From contig CM052817.1 in NCBI GenBank assembly GCA_028534125.1, positions 68,574,001-68,638,000 of the forward strand: DNA of 64,000 nucleotides, read 5' to 3'. Of this stretch, positions 28,758 through 43,215 are shown one piece after another. The notes under the pieces were generated by a model. It searched no databases and was not told where the DNA came from. It was given only the letters and a program-made list of their open reading frames with translations. The position numbers and the translations under genes are program-made. The first letter of the stretch is position 1. Each line of letters opens with the position of its first letter. Origin of the DNA: Lama glama (lineage: Eukaryota).

Positions 28758-29128
28758 CTTTTTTTTTAAATTGAAGTATAGTTGATTTACAGTATTGTGT
28801 TAGGTTCAGGTGTACAGCATAGTTATTCCATTTTCTTTCAGATTATATTCTATTATAGGTTATTACAAGATATTGGGTTTAGTTCCCTGTACTATGCAGT
28901 AAATTCTGTTGTTTAATCTATTTTACGTATAGTACTTTGCATCTATTAATCCCATACTCCTAATTTGTCCTGGACCTGCTCCCTCTTCCCTTCGGTAACC
29001 ATAAGTTTGTTTTCTTTGTCTGTGAGTCTGTTTCTGCTTTGTATATAGCTTCGTTTATATTGTTTTTTAGATTCCACATGTAAGTGACATAGTATTTGTC
29101 TTTCTCTGTCTGACTTATTGACTAAGCA
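28758..29128 (-). mobile_element. L1 3' UTR with poly(A) (poly-T on + strand)
   Basis: tttttaaattgaagtatagttgatttaca...ggtaaccataagtttg...tagattccacatgtaagtg. Confidence 0.9.
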
Positions 29129-30932
29129 TATATTTCTTTTTACTTCTCTCAACCTGTATAAGAATACATTAGATTGAAAATAGAGTAAGGATTTACTAAA
29201 TAGGGAAACTTGCTCGATACTTAACTGGTGTGCTATGTACTCTTAGCAAGAAAGTATCAAAATATTACTTTGCCAGTGTCGATGGAATTAATAAGTCTTT
29301 GGTTTCTAAGATATGAGTCCTTTCTGAAAGGTAACTAAGCTCTATTGTGAGAAAGAGAGCTCGATAAGCTTTTTGTATTCAAGGACCTTAAAAAATCCAA
29401 GGTCAGTAGAATGGAGTTAGGACTAATGTAAGGGAAAACAGCAGCCAGAGGACACACCCTAGCACTCCACAGATGGACTAGAAGAGGTTAGCAGGGGCTC
29501 TTGTTATAGGAGATTCTAAATAAGGTACACTTTACTGATTTACCCCGTAATAACATCTTGGTAAAAATCTAAAAAGCTCACTGTCAGTATACTGTCTCCT
29601 TTTTAGATGAAAACCTAAAATTTCTTTATATAAAGTAACAACATGAAGGCCAGGAATGAACGAAGGAACAAATGAACAAACAAAACAAATGCATAAATAT
29701 TTCTAAGAAATCCTTTCACATTTTCTGTAAATATAAACTCAGATAAACATAAATTTTGAAAATGATAGGGATAAACTTTTAGGAAAGGAGAAAATCAGTA
29801 GTAGTATAAGCATCCATCAGGATGGTAGTTAAACGACAATGGCTTTGCCAGCATATTTGCTTATCATTGAAGTTGTTAGCTTTATCTTTAGTAGTGACAG
29901 TAGGTTCAAAAGACACATATACTGAGATACAGCCCTTATCATTTCTCTTTCTGGCCACCTGACAACTTTTCAAATTTGCAAGCTGAATGCTATTCATAGC
30001 ATTTCAGAAAAATAGTTTCCTTAACAATGAAGGAGTCTACTTTCCTGTTCTCATTTTAAAAGCCTGTATATTTTCAGAAGCAGAAACATACACCAAGACA
30101 AAAATGATAGAAATCACTCTGGCCCCAATTTTGCCAAATACACATTACTCACCCCATTTATATGTAAATCACATAACTACCATGATATATATAATCTAAG
30201 CATCACATCAGTGCAGAATATTCCTAACTATTCAAGCTTCAGCAGTGCTTAGTATTCAGAGTTCTGTGACCCACGGCAAATGGAAAGGAGCCAGAAATCA
30301 CAATCTTTCCTGCAATGGGAGCCTGCATTTTAATGATGGAAGATTAATGAGGGCTTATTTTGATAGGATTAGTTATTGAGCAGCAAACTCAGTTTGGGAT
30401 CTCATTACCAAAGTGCCCATCTTTGTCCTTGATGAGTCCTACTAGCCTTATTGTTATTGGAAATGTAGAAAGTCACTTAAACAACTGTCTAAAAGGTAGA
30501 ACACTGAAGGCAATCATTTGAAAGAAAAAAAAAAAAAGGAAAGACTGTACATACAAACTAATAAAATATGTGATTATTAATGGAAGAAAAATGTCAGAAA
30601 AATTCTCCATTTCATCACAACTCTCCCACCATTATTCATTGCCAATAATCTCTATGTTAAAAACATCAAGTCTGTTTTCAAAATTAAATTTAAAAACAGT
30701 TTCAACATTTTCATATTATCTAAAGACCTGAGAAATAGGCCAAAATCACCCCACAATAAACAAACAGAAAAACAGGACTAAAGTTTTTAAAAAATAATTT
30801 CCCTATTAAAAATTAAACTCTGTTAAATACCTTTTATTTTTGCCCTTTCTCTGTGATAAAATATAGTGTAGAAAAGGGAATTTTCTCCAGGTTAAGATTT
30901 ATTCTCTTTCCCCTCCCTTCTCTTTGTTAATT

Positions 30933-31150
30933 CTAGGATTCTCAACAGTGACATAACTGTACCCTAGAGGATGTTTGGAAATAAATATAGAGTGTCCAGA
31001 AATACAAGTAAGCATTTTATTGTCACAATGATCAGGAGATTATTACAGGCAATCACTAGCTGGGGGCCAAGGATGCTCAGCATTTGCCACAAACTTGATG
31101 TTCTTATCCTACAAGGAACTGTCCCTCAACCCATATGATGCATGGATGTC
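30933..31150 (+). mobile_element. MER20B-like hAT fragment
   Basis: ttctcaac...ttgtcacaatga...ggggccaaggatgct...caaggaactgtcc. Confidence 0.5.
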
Positions 31151-32091
31151 TCATAAGACTATCACACTATATATGTAAATGAATATTACTTTCACATAAC
31201 TAGTATTAAAGTTTTTACAAGAAGTTATTCAAAAGTGCCCCAGTAATTACAGGAGGGAATCATAATGGAGAGGGAAGCATAAATAGAACAAAAATATTAT
31301 ATCAAAATTATTGAATTATTGAATAATTAGCTCACCCTACGTAGCAACACATTTAACAAATAGTAATGTACCATTCACTCAGATTTAACTAACATTAACA
31401 TTTTACCACAAGTGCTTTGAAAATTTTTTAAATCAAAATAGTATATTATCAATAGAGTAAAAAGTCCTTTGCTACCATTCCTTAATTTTAATTCTCTTTT
31501 TTAAATACTATATTTTGTACTTTCTATAATCTCTGCAAGAACTCCTTCCTGGATGGAAATTATAAACATGACATTTCATATTTACATCTTCTAAGTCAAT
31601 TTAGAACTTATTTTTATGTATGGTGTGAAGTTGGAGTTGATACTCAATTGTATCAGGACCATTTATTCAATAATCATTACTTTTCAAGTTGATTTATAAA
31701 GCCACCTCTGTCACATACCAAATTCCATATCTGGGTGGGTCTGTTTTGTGGTTTCTGTTTTACTAGCTTATATTAATATATCACTGCATTAGTTTTCTTT
31801 AGGTTAATATTACCTGATATATTCTTTTTAAAAAATCTCCTTTTGACCAATATCCTTACATTTTTATGTTTATCTCTTATAAATAGCATATAGATAGATC
31901 TTTAAAATTATTGAAAAATTTCCTTTATTAGGCAATCTTCTTAGCCTATACTTTCTGTATTTTTAGAGGGTTGGTTGATTTTCCTTCGTTCCATAACCCT
32001 CCTTTCTATTTGAAAGTGATACATTCTCTTTCTGTTCTTTCAGTGATTACCATTAAAATTTTAACATGCATTCTTGTACTTACACATTTCT

Positions 32092-32555
32092 TGTGAGCAG
32101 AGATACTAACTGCCCTCTGTTTTGGATTATATTTTCAAATATGTTTGTATAAAAATAGCCTTGGTAAATAGAGATAGAGTCTCTTTTTGCAGCAATACAC
32201 AGGTTTTCTAATACTCCTGGAAGAAAAAGATAGTCTCTCTCCAGGGTAAAGGAAAGATACTTATTTACCATAAAAAAAAAAATTCAAGTTTCCTAAACTC
32301 AGAGTTCCTCTCCTATAATGCAATCCACTGTATACACAGGTATCATCTGGACCCTCTGTGTTGTTTCTATGGGACTTGGAAGCAAGGAAAATCAAGACAA
32401 ATACGCTAATGCTCATGCTGCTTGCTTTGCTGTGAGTGATAAAGTCCTTTATCTCTGACACAGGAGTGCTGGGTTTTCTGCTAGTATCCATGAAACAGTA
32501 ACAGGCTCATTTATTAGCTTTTAAGTAGGGTAAAATCAAATCTCAGACCTGAAAG
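32092..32555 (+). mobile_element. ERV solo LTR (MER89-like; family uncertain), inserted in an old L1ME fragment
   Basis: TG start; gataaagtcctttatctctgacacaggag...atccatgaaac...aagtagggtaaaatc typical ERV LTR R/U5. Confidence 0.65.
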
Positions 32556-34543
32556 GATCCCTGAATTGATGTTTAAATATAACGAGCATATTTATTTTAC
32601 CCTCAAATAATGCAAAATCGTCAGAGCACTTTCAAGTTGAAATTCCACTGACTCTCATCTTTCATGTTGTTAGCCAGAATTTTATCTTTATCTTGCTATT
32701 AGCCTTTCCAAAACTGATTTTATGTATTAACATTCAATAGTCATTGCTTAATAGATTTCAAAATTGTGAGGATTAGATGAGTGTTTAAAGAGGGTTAGAG
32801 CAGGGCTTGGTACACAGTAAGTACTTAATATATGTTCACATTATTATGTTTTAACAATTTTTTTTGCTTGCCACTTCTCGTATACCATACTTCTTCAGAG
32901 TTTAATTTTTCTGGTTAACCAAAGCAAAGATAAACTATTTTTCCTTTTGTGGTTTTTAAAATACCGTCTATGTTCATGAATATGTCTAAGGATTTTATCA
33001 GACTATCTTTATATTCCATACATATTTTTCTACATAAATGATTTTTGTCAGTCTAAAGCACTGACTAAACTAATGCAGTTTTGTTTAGCCACTGAACATA
33101 ATTAGGTGCTTTCAAGAGAATTTTTTGAAAATAACTATCCCTTTTTTTAGTCTGTATCTTGGTACTTTATCCTCAAAAATCAAACACCATTATCAACTTG
33201 GCAATCAGTTCCTCTATAATTTCTTCAACTCTAGCCATAACATTTAATCTAGTATTGTCTTGTGTTATGTATCACATTTATAATTGAAGCAAGAAAGGAG
33301 GGGTTGAATAAAAATGAATACTTAATATGATATCTATATTGGTTAATTATTCACAAGGTTTTTTTTTAATCTCTATCCATAATTACAAGACGTGTTCTTA
33401 TTTAATTTCTATTTGTTCCATGCTCTGTATATTTTTTGAGAGCCCTCATTAGATAAGTCATGTATTCAAATAAAAGGTACGTCTTCATAGGCCTAAAAGC
33501 AAAAGACATTGTATATGTCAAGGATGGCAGGATGTCTACTCTAGGCCTGATGATCATGTCACAGAGAGATACAGTGCAACACAAAGAGCAATGAACTAGA
33601 AATAAGTACACCTATATTTCATTCTCTATTCTTCCACTGGAAGACGAATCAGAATGGGGGCCAGGGGTTCTCAAACGATACAAGTTAACATATTAGTTCT
33701 GAGATTATTTAGTTTTGTTACCTTTCCAAACACTGAATTTCTTATCTATTAAAAGCTGAAATTATCTGCTTCATACACCTTACAGATTTGTTTTGAGAAT
33801 CAAATGAAATGTTTATGAAAGTACTTTTAAACTTCAAAGCACCCTGCAAGTATTCATACCATAAATGTTATTGTTAACACTTTAAATGTATTAGTAGTTT
33901 TAATATAAACATTTTTCACCTCAATCTTACCATCAACATACTGTTTCTGGATATGTCTTAAAAGGAAAGGCATGATCAGGAAACAAAGAAGGTTAAGATG
34001 GAATAAGGAGACTGCTATCTCAAAAAGGGTTTTGCTTTTTTTTTTTTTCAGGTTTACAACAACCAATGATACTGTATTCCAATCACCTTTTTAAAAAGAT
34101 GTTTGACTCCATGTCACATAATACAAATGAGTAACAGGCTAAGCTATACCCTGGCTAACTTTTGAGAGTCAACTATGACTTCTGATTTTATATGAAATTA
34201 CCAGAAAAGTAATGAAGTAAGTCAAAATCTGACAGAGCTTCCAAGGCAATATATCAAGCAAAACACAGAAGCAGCTACTTAAGAACTTCAAACTTCCTCT
34301 TCTTCAAAAACAACCCTGAATATCATAAAATCCGAGTGAAAACCACTGACGGCACAATTTAATACAACACTAATACTAACAGGTTTTTCAAAGTAATTTG
34401 GTAGTACCAGGAAAAATAAGATACTTTCCCTTTACTTATCGTGAGAATGTAAGACGTAACCATCCAAACTATATAACAGAAGGCTACAATTAGTAGCAGG
34501 AACTTGGTTAGATACATGGACTTCTTATGACAACAAAATTTTA

Positions 34544-34765
<222 letters not shown>

Positions 34766-37029
34766 TTAAATCCACATAAATTACTATTTTATTTACATTT
34801 TGAATGAGATTTAGTTTCCCTGTGAAGAAAATATACTTTAATAGGTAATTTCTGTTTTGTTACCACTTTAACCACTTATAGCTAATTATTAAACAAACAT
34901 AAAAAGCTATGCAACAACTTATTTTCTACCTTCAGAGCTGTCAGTTCATTTCTTGAATCACAAATTATTCACATGATGCATGATGTTTTCCTATTAAATT
35001 CAACAAATATATTTTCTCTAGTGATAGTAAATCTCCCTCTCATTTATTATTTCTTCAAAAAGTGTAAGATACTTAAATAAGGAACAACACAGCCACAAAT
35101 AGAATAATTATGCCTTAAATTTGTTTATATATACAGATATAGGCCGTGTTCCAGTTCTAATTTATTGCCATCCAACTTTGCATTTGGCATATTTAGGAAT
35201 AAGAATTAACATCATGTTAATCCAAAAATAGGCACACAGTAGGCAATTAAAATATCTGCTGTTGACTCTAACGCTATTCTAATTCATAGGAGTTAGCTGG
35301 AATATGAGGAGTACTTCCTATTTTTTCCATTATTTCCACAAATTACTATCCTTGCCAATTTACATACTATGTACTAATTTAAACAAGATATAGGCAACAA
35401 TCAACTCAAGGGCAAGTGACCATCACATTTTTACTAATTAAAAACACAAAATTAACACGTATTTCAAACAGCTTAACTTTTTTTCTTTTTGATACTGAAA
35501 TGACAATAACTCAAGAAAGTTTTCCCTTAATAACCTCAATTTCTTCCTTCAATAACATAACAGATTTATTTATCAAACCAATTATTTGGTGAAAATAACC
35601 TCTAAAAATAATGTCTGCTTTTCTTATTTAGTTCTCAAAGTTCTTTATTTTTAACATTTCAAGAAATGGTCCAAAATCCTCAACAATCTGTTAGTGTAAA
35701 TAGCCTTCCTCCTTTTCTCAATTAAAACTTTGCTTCTAATGGACAGTATGTATTTTATAATTATTTGCTTATAAGCAACATCACATATTTTACAAAGAGA
35801 AGCATCAAGGCCAAAAAGAAAAGACAAGGAGGTACTGTATTCAATGCCCTGATAAATTTTTATTCCAGATGAAACGTGAGCTTTTACCCACAGGGTGCTG
35901 GATAAAGAATGAGTATTTGATTAATACTTTTTCCTGATTTGATATTTATTCTACTGCAATAAATTCATTCTATCAACTGTCTCATCTTTTGCTCTAAGAA
36001 CAAGAAAGGTACAATTCACATCAGCTTCAAGAGTTACAGATAAAAGTGAAGACTTAGGACAGAACCCAAGGGCCAAGGAACTTCTGGGTTTAACTTCTAA
36101 CTTTTTTCCCTCCTTCCAATTAGTGGTGGTATGTTTATAGACCTAATCTACCCAGAAGCCAGAAGTAAGCAACATCAACAATCATAAGCATTCAACTTTA
36201 TGTCGATGAAAGCATAGTTATTAACTTTTTAAAAGCACGCTTCATTTTAAACAAGAAAATCATGCCTCTGGCAATTCTCCATAGCTATACCTATGATTAT
36301 TAAATATCTTTCTTATTTGAGCCTGATAAAAGATAATTACTACGTGGGATTACACAGCTAATTAAGGTTATACTGAAGAAACCTAATTTATTATGAAAAC
36401 ATTTTCCTTGTGCTCTGCCAAACACTGATGGCCAGATTTATATATGATATGTGTCATAACTGCATGTATATATAAAATACACACAAATACATATTTATGT
36501 ATAAAATACATACAAATATGTGTATACATTTATTTTGTATATTCCTAAATACTATATATTATTTCATATATGTAAATATAAATTGTAAGGCTGGCATACT
36601 TTTTGGTTGCTAAGGACAGGCTTTGGAATGAGATATATTATGTCTTGTTATATTTAGAAAAATTTCTTTAAAGGGGAGATATTACAGAAGTGATGAAATC
36701 AGCACGGTGTCAGATTTCAAGTTATTTCAAAAGTGTCAAAAAATTCCCTGGGGCAAATAAAAAAAAAAATGAAATGCACATGTCCTCTGATTTATAAACC
36801 AACCTGAGAGAATTTAGGAGGAGCTACTGAAAACAGACAGTAGTCAAAATAAAACAAAAGATTCCATGGATATTACTGCTGATTCTTTTAAAATGTTCAC
36901 AAAATACTGTGTGATTTATTATAATAAAGATTTACATCTACAGCTATAAAATGACCCCTCAAATAGTATTTTCTAACTAACAGGTGAACTATGTAAGGGT
37001 AAATGTTATCCTTTAAAAAAATTGGAGGT

Positions 37030-37168
37030 GGGGTGGATAGCTCAGTGGTAGAGCACATGCCCAGCGTGGATGAGGTTCTGGGTTCAATCTCCAGTACCTC
37101 CATTAAAAATAAAGACATAAATAAATCTAATCCCCCACTCCCCCCCCCAAAAAAGAACCACAAATAAA
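37030..37168 (+). mobile_element. Vic-1-like tRNA-derived SINE (camelid)
   Basis: A-box tagctcagtgg, B-box ggttcaatctc, tail cattaaaaat...taatccccc..aaaa. Confidence 0.88.
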
Positions 37169-38456
37169 ATTAAGGTATTTATCAAATTTCCTCTTAAACT
37201 TCAAGTGAGGTTTAATATTGCACTATGGCACAAAATCATGTCTCATATAAATTTTCTATTTTAATGAAACTTTCTATCTTTGAATTTTTTGCAATGAGAT
37301 ATAAAATTAATTCATCTTTTTCCTTGAGTCTCACCATATTAAAAATTCTTATTCTTCTCCTCTACAACAGCTTTTTTATTTATTACATACTTTTAAATGA
37401 TAATTCCCAAAGAATTCAGTGTAAGGATTTTATATGGCACTATCATATTTTTGTGCAGCTATTTATAAACAAGCCATCTATTTCTTTTTTTAAATTTTCA
37501 TAAAATAGATAAAGAGATATTTCATTAAGTCCCACACATGGGTATCCTTATTTTTTCCTTTCTGACCAGTCTTTTCTGCTTTCATCCTCTTAGCAGGGGT
37601 AAGGAGAAGATGAAGAATCATGGGTGACAGATCTAAAGTAAAAAGGTTTCCTCTGCTCACAAATAATAAATGGCATTCTCAATTCTGTAACTATTTGTTA
37701 TTTTCCATCAGGTTGCTAGTTTATCCTGAAGATGATAAGTATAGATAAACATACAGAGGAGCTACTGAAAAACAGACCAATAGTCAAAATGAATTTCTTG
37801 TCAACTAAAAAGTGCCCAAACTAAACCATCTGGTGACATTTTGACTCACTGTATTCAAAACAAGCTGAAGTTATTTTATTGTAGGCGACCCCAAATTAGA
37901 TTATTTCCTGTTACAAATTTAACGAGCTGTAAAATTTGGCTTACTGTCTAAAGCCACAAGAATAAGCATCAACTTTTATGTCTAAATGGGAAGAGGGGGT
38001 TTCAAAAGAAGAGAAAGGTAATTTTCTGAACTGCATTTGTGAGCCATTTTAGTTTTTGCTCACATACTCCACTCTAGTAAAAAATCTACAAGCAAACTTA
38101 ATAGTTCTTATATTATTTCTAGTAAAGTTAGAACATTTTCTGTCTCAGGGAAAATTTCCTTAGTCATATGATGCAAGACATTCTTGAAAATGCTCAATGT
38201 ATTTCCTACTATTTCCCAATATCCTACCATTAAAGTCATCCATGACAAAGATGGGCATTAAAACCAGAAATATGCAATGTACTGTTTCTCTGAATATATA
38301 ACCCTTACAGTGAGGTTGCATGTTCTTTCTCACTCTTTGTTATTGTTTGATGAGAAAGGAGTATTATAATATACCCCATTTGACAACTGGACTTTAGACT
38401 TTGATGTTTCTCTTCTTTCTTCCCACCCCCTAAAAGACTTACTGAATGTCTATGTG

Positions 38457-38582
38457 TAGTGTGACCATGTATCCTAGTTTATCTGGGAGAGTCCTGGTTG
38501 CCACCTGCAGACTCAGTATCTGGTGCCTTTAGTGCCCCTTTAATCCTCAAAAATATCACAATTTAGTTAGACAGTTATCCTA
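38457..38582 (+). mobile_element. MER94-like hAT-Blackjack MITE with 8-bp TSD, nested in an L2 3' end
   Basis: Termini tagtgtgacc / agttatccta; flanks tctatgtg (38449-38456) and gctatgtg (38583-38590). Confidence 0.75.
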
Positions 38583-39929
38583 GCTATGTGTGGCACTACG
38601 TTAAATGCTAGGGACGTCACAGTGAAGACGATACTGCCCTTGCCCCCAAAGGATTTAGGAACACATACAGGTAAGCAGAAAATAGGGGAAATTTTCACAC
38701 AGTTTTATTTCCCAAGTTTATAAACTATTTCCTTCTATCTTTCCCTTTCTGACTTGCAGGAACTACACCTTTTAATGGTCCAAGTGTGACTATGCCTTGG
38801 TTTTATAAACAGTGCAAGGATATGTTTAACATTTTGGTAAAACTGCACCGGCTGTTTTGGTGAACAATACACAGTACAATGACTTCAAAAAACAGTTTAT
38901 AAGTTTCATAGGCCAGTTTTCTGAGGTTCCTTTCTTAAGGGCAAAATGGCATTAAGGTTTAGTTGGGTTTTCCATGAAGGATTAGTTTCCACTCGTAATA
39001 ACTAAATGGCTGTTTCTTGTCACTGGCCCGAAGCTGCCTTTTTTCTCTTCAAAGCCCTGAAATATGTCTGTCCTGCAAGTTACAAGCATGTTTTCTATCA
39101 CTGAAATTCTAACTAATCTATCCCTTTTAAATTCCTCCATATTTTTCCAATCCAACTGGTACTCTAAGGTTCTAAATCTAAGAGTAATTTTAGTAATTTT
39201 AGACAATCTTGGGGCCAACCCTGAGTTATGTAATCATATAAAATTCCTATGTGTTTGTCCTTTATCAACTCAACAGTAAGTTTACTGGGTATAATTTGAT
39301 AGTGCCAAAAATGATTTTGAATGCTCATTTAGGCAGAAGTAATTAAATTTATTATCTTCTTAAAAATGTCTGCAGGTAATAAGTTAATAGGACCATGGTT
39401 AAAAAACAAACAAAACAGAATTATCTTGACTAATAAGATCGTTTTTCTCTCTTCTGTAAGAGGCAAAGCATTGAGTCTTATGAGTATGTAAATATTCTAT
39501 TTTATGTAAAACTTTAAAATTAAAAAATTTTTAATTTCTATGAGGATATAATTACAAAAATAAATGTTTTTTCCAAGAAAATTTAATGTTGCTATTGAAT
39601 ATGGAAACTTTTGGTTTCTGTCGAGTCAATTAAATGACTAAATAAATACGAAGTATTACAATTAGCTATTGAATTGACTGGTTTCATATGATGTAGGATT
39701 TTTCCCGAAACTTGTGGGTAAAAAAAGTGTGCACGTGGTATTTGTGCCATTCAAAATCAATGTTACTTTGAAGTTTAAAGCTCAATACACAAAGGAGCAG
39801 AGGACAAACAAGAGGGAAAACAGTAAAATGAGAACTATTTCTAATTACAAGCCTCAAATAAATATTTCAAAGAAGAGTACATCACTGCTCTTCCATAAAC
39901 CTTGGTAAACAATAATCAGTGTACTGTTT

Positions 39930-40410
39930 CAGCTCCTTCTTTAGCTCTCCATCTCTCTTTTTCTGGCTCCACGTGCCAGATTTGACTACTGTTTTTTTCA
40001 TCAATCTATTTGGCACTTTTTTTTTTTGCAGTCCATTTCCTTGTTCTCTGTCTTAAGAATATCCTTTTCTCTTCACCAAGCAAATTCCTACTCAAATTTC
40101 AAATTCATCAATAAGTATCTTGTCTTTTATGAAACCTTTCCAGACATATCATCTCTTCTCTTTGCCACCAAAAACAAAACAAAACAAAAAGTTAAAAAAT
40201 CAATATAACCTCACCTGACTTCTTCCTTTGTGCTAATATAGTAATATGTACATGTATTTCATTAACTTATAATTAGTTACTTTCACATTTATTTCCTGTA
40301 TTTGGCTATGAAATCCCTTGGAAAGACAGACTGTTATCTACTTCAAGAACCTCCATTCCTTAAACAGTGCTTGGCATAGAGTTAGTGCAGAGTAATTACT
40401 TAAAGAAAGG
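39930..40410 (+). mobile_element. L2 3' fragment
   Basis: aattcctactca...gaaacctttccagac...cagtgcttggcatagag. Confidence 0.55.
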
Positions 40411-41319
40411 CTAAATTAATTGAAAACATTTTTTCCTTATATAACATATATACTCAATACAAAAATTGGATAAATGATTTAAAACACCTTGTCTATTGTT
40501 TTTAGGAAAACATATATGCTACATTTTTCAATATAATATTTTAAAAAAGTTATTTCAGCTTTAAAAAGTTTCAAAATTAATTACAAATTCAAGATTTCCT
40601 AAAATTTATAGAAATTATATCTGAAAAGATGATTACTATTGAGAGAAATAAACCTTTAATAATTGTATTTTAATTATAATAGTGAATATTAAAGCACATT
40701 ACTGATTAATCAATCAATCTAGATAAGAGCCTATTTGATCTTTTTGACTGGTCTTTCCAAATCTGTGTTGTATACACTATGTTTCTCTTGTATTTTCTAA
40801 ATGAAAAAAGACTTGATCTTGTTTATTTGTATAAGCCTTTTAAAGGTGTATTAAATAAGTTTGTAGTTAAAAATTGTGAAAACCCATCCTTTTCGTGTTG
40901 AAAATTCATTTCACTATCAATACATAACAAACACATCTATCTGTGATATGAAACAATTACTGGATAAATAAAACTTTTTAGAGGTAAATCATTTCTGTAT
41001 TTAAAACAGAAATCAACACAGAATCAAAATAGAAGCTAATGTAATAAAAGCTATCTAATACGGCCCTCTGAGAGTTGGTCATTTAGCCAGGCATCATACA
41101 GCTATCTTATAAATAATAACCAATTCATTTTACAAGTCTTATTTTAATTGTTTATTAAAAATTCTCCAAATAAGTAAAACTTTCTTAAAGTATAGGAACT
41201 ATGCTTTAAAAGAGGGCTGACAAATTTGGAAAAATGTCATTTCAGGGGTTTTATATAGGAAAAGTTCAGTTAATTTTACAGGTACCTGCATAAGTCATAG
41301 CAAGGTAGTTTTTGAACCA

Positions 41320-42180
41320 GCTCCTGGAGTAATGGAAATAAAAGCAAAAATACAAATGGGATCTAATTAAACTTAAAAGCTTTAGCACAACTAAGGATAC
41401 CATCAACAAAACAAAAAGACAACCCATAGAATGGGAGAAAATATTTGCAAATGATGTGACCTACAAAGGACTAATTTCCAAAATACGCAAACAGCTCATA
41501 CACCTTATTATCAAAAAAACAAGCAACCCAATCAAAAAATGGGCAGAAGACCTAAACAGAGATCTCTCCAAAGACATACAGATGTCCAATAGGCACATGA
41601 AAAGATCAACATCACGAATTATTACAGAAAAACACATCAAAACTATAATGAGATATCACCTCACACCAGCCAGAATGGCTATCATTAAAAAGTCTGCAAA
41701 CGACAAATGCTGGAGAGAAACCCTCCAACAATGTTGGTGGGAATGTACATTGGTGCAGCCACTATGGAGGACAGTATGGAGGTTCCCTTGAAAACTAAAA
41801 ACAGACTTACCCTATGATCCAGCAATCCCACTCCTGGGCATATACCCAGAGAAAATATAATTCAAAAAGACACCTGCACCCCAATGTTCATGGCAGCAAT
41901 ATTTACAATAGCCAAGACATGGAAACAATCCAAATGTCCATCAACAGATGACTGGATAAAGAAGATGTGTGTGTGTGTGTGTTTATATTTATATATATAA
42001 TGTGTATATATGTAATGGAATACTACTCAGCCATAAAAAAGTATAAAATAATGCCATTTGCAGCAACATGAATGGACCTGGAGATCATCGTTCTAAGTGA
42101 GGTAAGCCAAAAACAGAAAGAAAAATGCCATATGATATTGCTTATATGTGGAATCTAAAAAGAAAAGGACAAAAATGAAT
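41320..42180 (+). mobile_element. L1 ORF2 C-terminal fragment (5'- and 3'-truncated) with internal (TG)n/(TA)n
   Basis: ORF 41456..41791: [12 protein letters not shown]...[15 protein letters not shown]...CWWEC.LVQPLW, the L1 ORF2 C-terminal cysteine-rich region. Confidence 0.95.
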
Positions 42181-42419
42181 GACTTATTATTTATAACTTA
42201 GATGATTATTTCTTGAATATGTGTAAGCACATTTGACTGTCTTTTATGACTGGATTACTGCGTTATGTTGATTCTTATTTTGGCTTTATTCCTTTGATAA
42301 TTATGTAAGTTTAAAATACTAAAGCTCTAAATTGTTCTTAGAAACAAACAGTATATACATGTAAAATTTTAGAAGATGTATATAGAAATAAAATATTATG
42401 TCTATGAGAGAGAAAAAAA

Positions 42420-43215
42420 AAGAAACTGGCAAACTGTTTTCTAAAGTGGCTGTGTGATTTTATGTTCCCACCAGCAGTGTATGAAAATTCCAGTTGCTCC
42501 ACATTTTTGCCAACATTTGGCAAGATCTGTCTTTTCAATATTAGCCACCCTAAAAGGTAAATTAGTATCTCACTGTGATTAATTTTGCATTTCTCTAATG
42601 ACTAATGATGTTGAGCATTTCCAGGTGTTTTTGCCATCTATATATCTTTCTTTGCTAAAGTATTCAAATCTGTTGCCCATTTTTGATTGAGTCTGTTTTT
42701 GCTTTTTTAATGTAGAATTTGAGAATTCTTTTTATATTGTGGATACAAATTCTTTATCAGTGTGTGATTTGCAAATATTTTATCCTAGTCTCTGTCTTAT
42801 CTTTTCATTCAGAATGTCTTTCAGAGAGCAGAATTTCTTAATTTTGATAAAACCCAATTTATCACATTTTTGTTTAGTGATTTATATTTTGGGGTTATAG
42901 CTAGGAAATCTTGGCCAACCAAGTTCACAAAGATTTTCTCTTATTTTTTTCCTAGAAGTTTTAGGTTTTACATTTAGGTCGAGGACTCTATTGAGTAAAT
43001 CTGTGTATACAATGAATGTTATTGATCAAGTTTTTTTTTTTTTTTGGTAAGTGGATATACTATCATTTTGACACCATTTGTTGAAAATATTCTTTCTCTA
43101 TTGAATTGCCTTTGTACTTTTGCTGAAAATAATTGACTATATATGTATAAATCTATTTCTGTTTTCTCAATTCTTTTCCAATGACTTACTTGCATATGTT
43201 GATGTCAATACCACA
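42420..43215 (-). mobile_element. Older L1M ORF2 3' fragment
   Basis: cccaccagcagtgtatgaaaattccagttgctccacat...ttctctaatgactaatgatgttgagca...caccatttgttgaaa. Confidence 0.88.

Noticed and set aside
37030..37100. tRNA gene
   Set aside because: A/B boxes are followed by a SINE tail and the cloverleaf is imperfect; this is a tRNA-derived SINE, as is 51150-51270.
41456..41791. 111-aa ORF
   Set aside because: L1 ORF2 C-terminal remnant, not a host gene.
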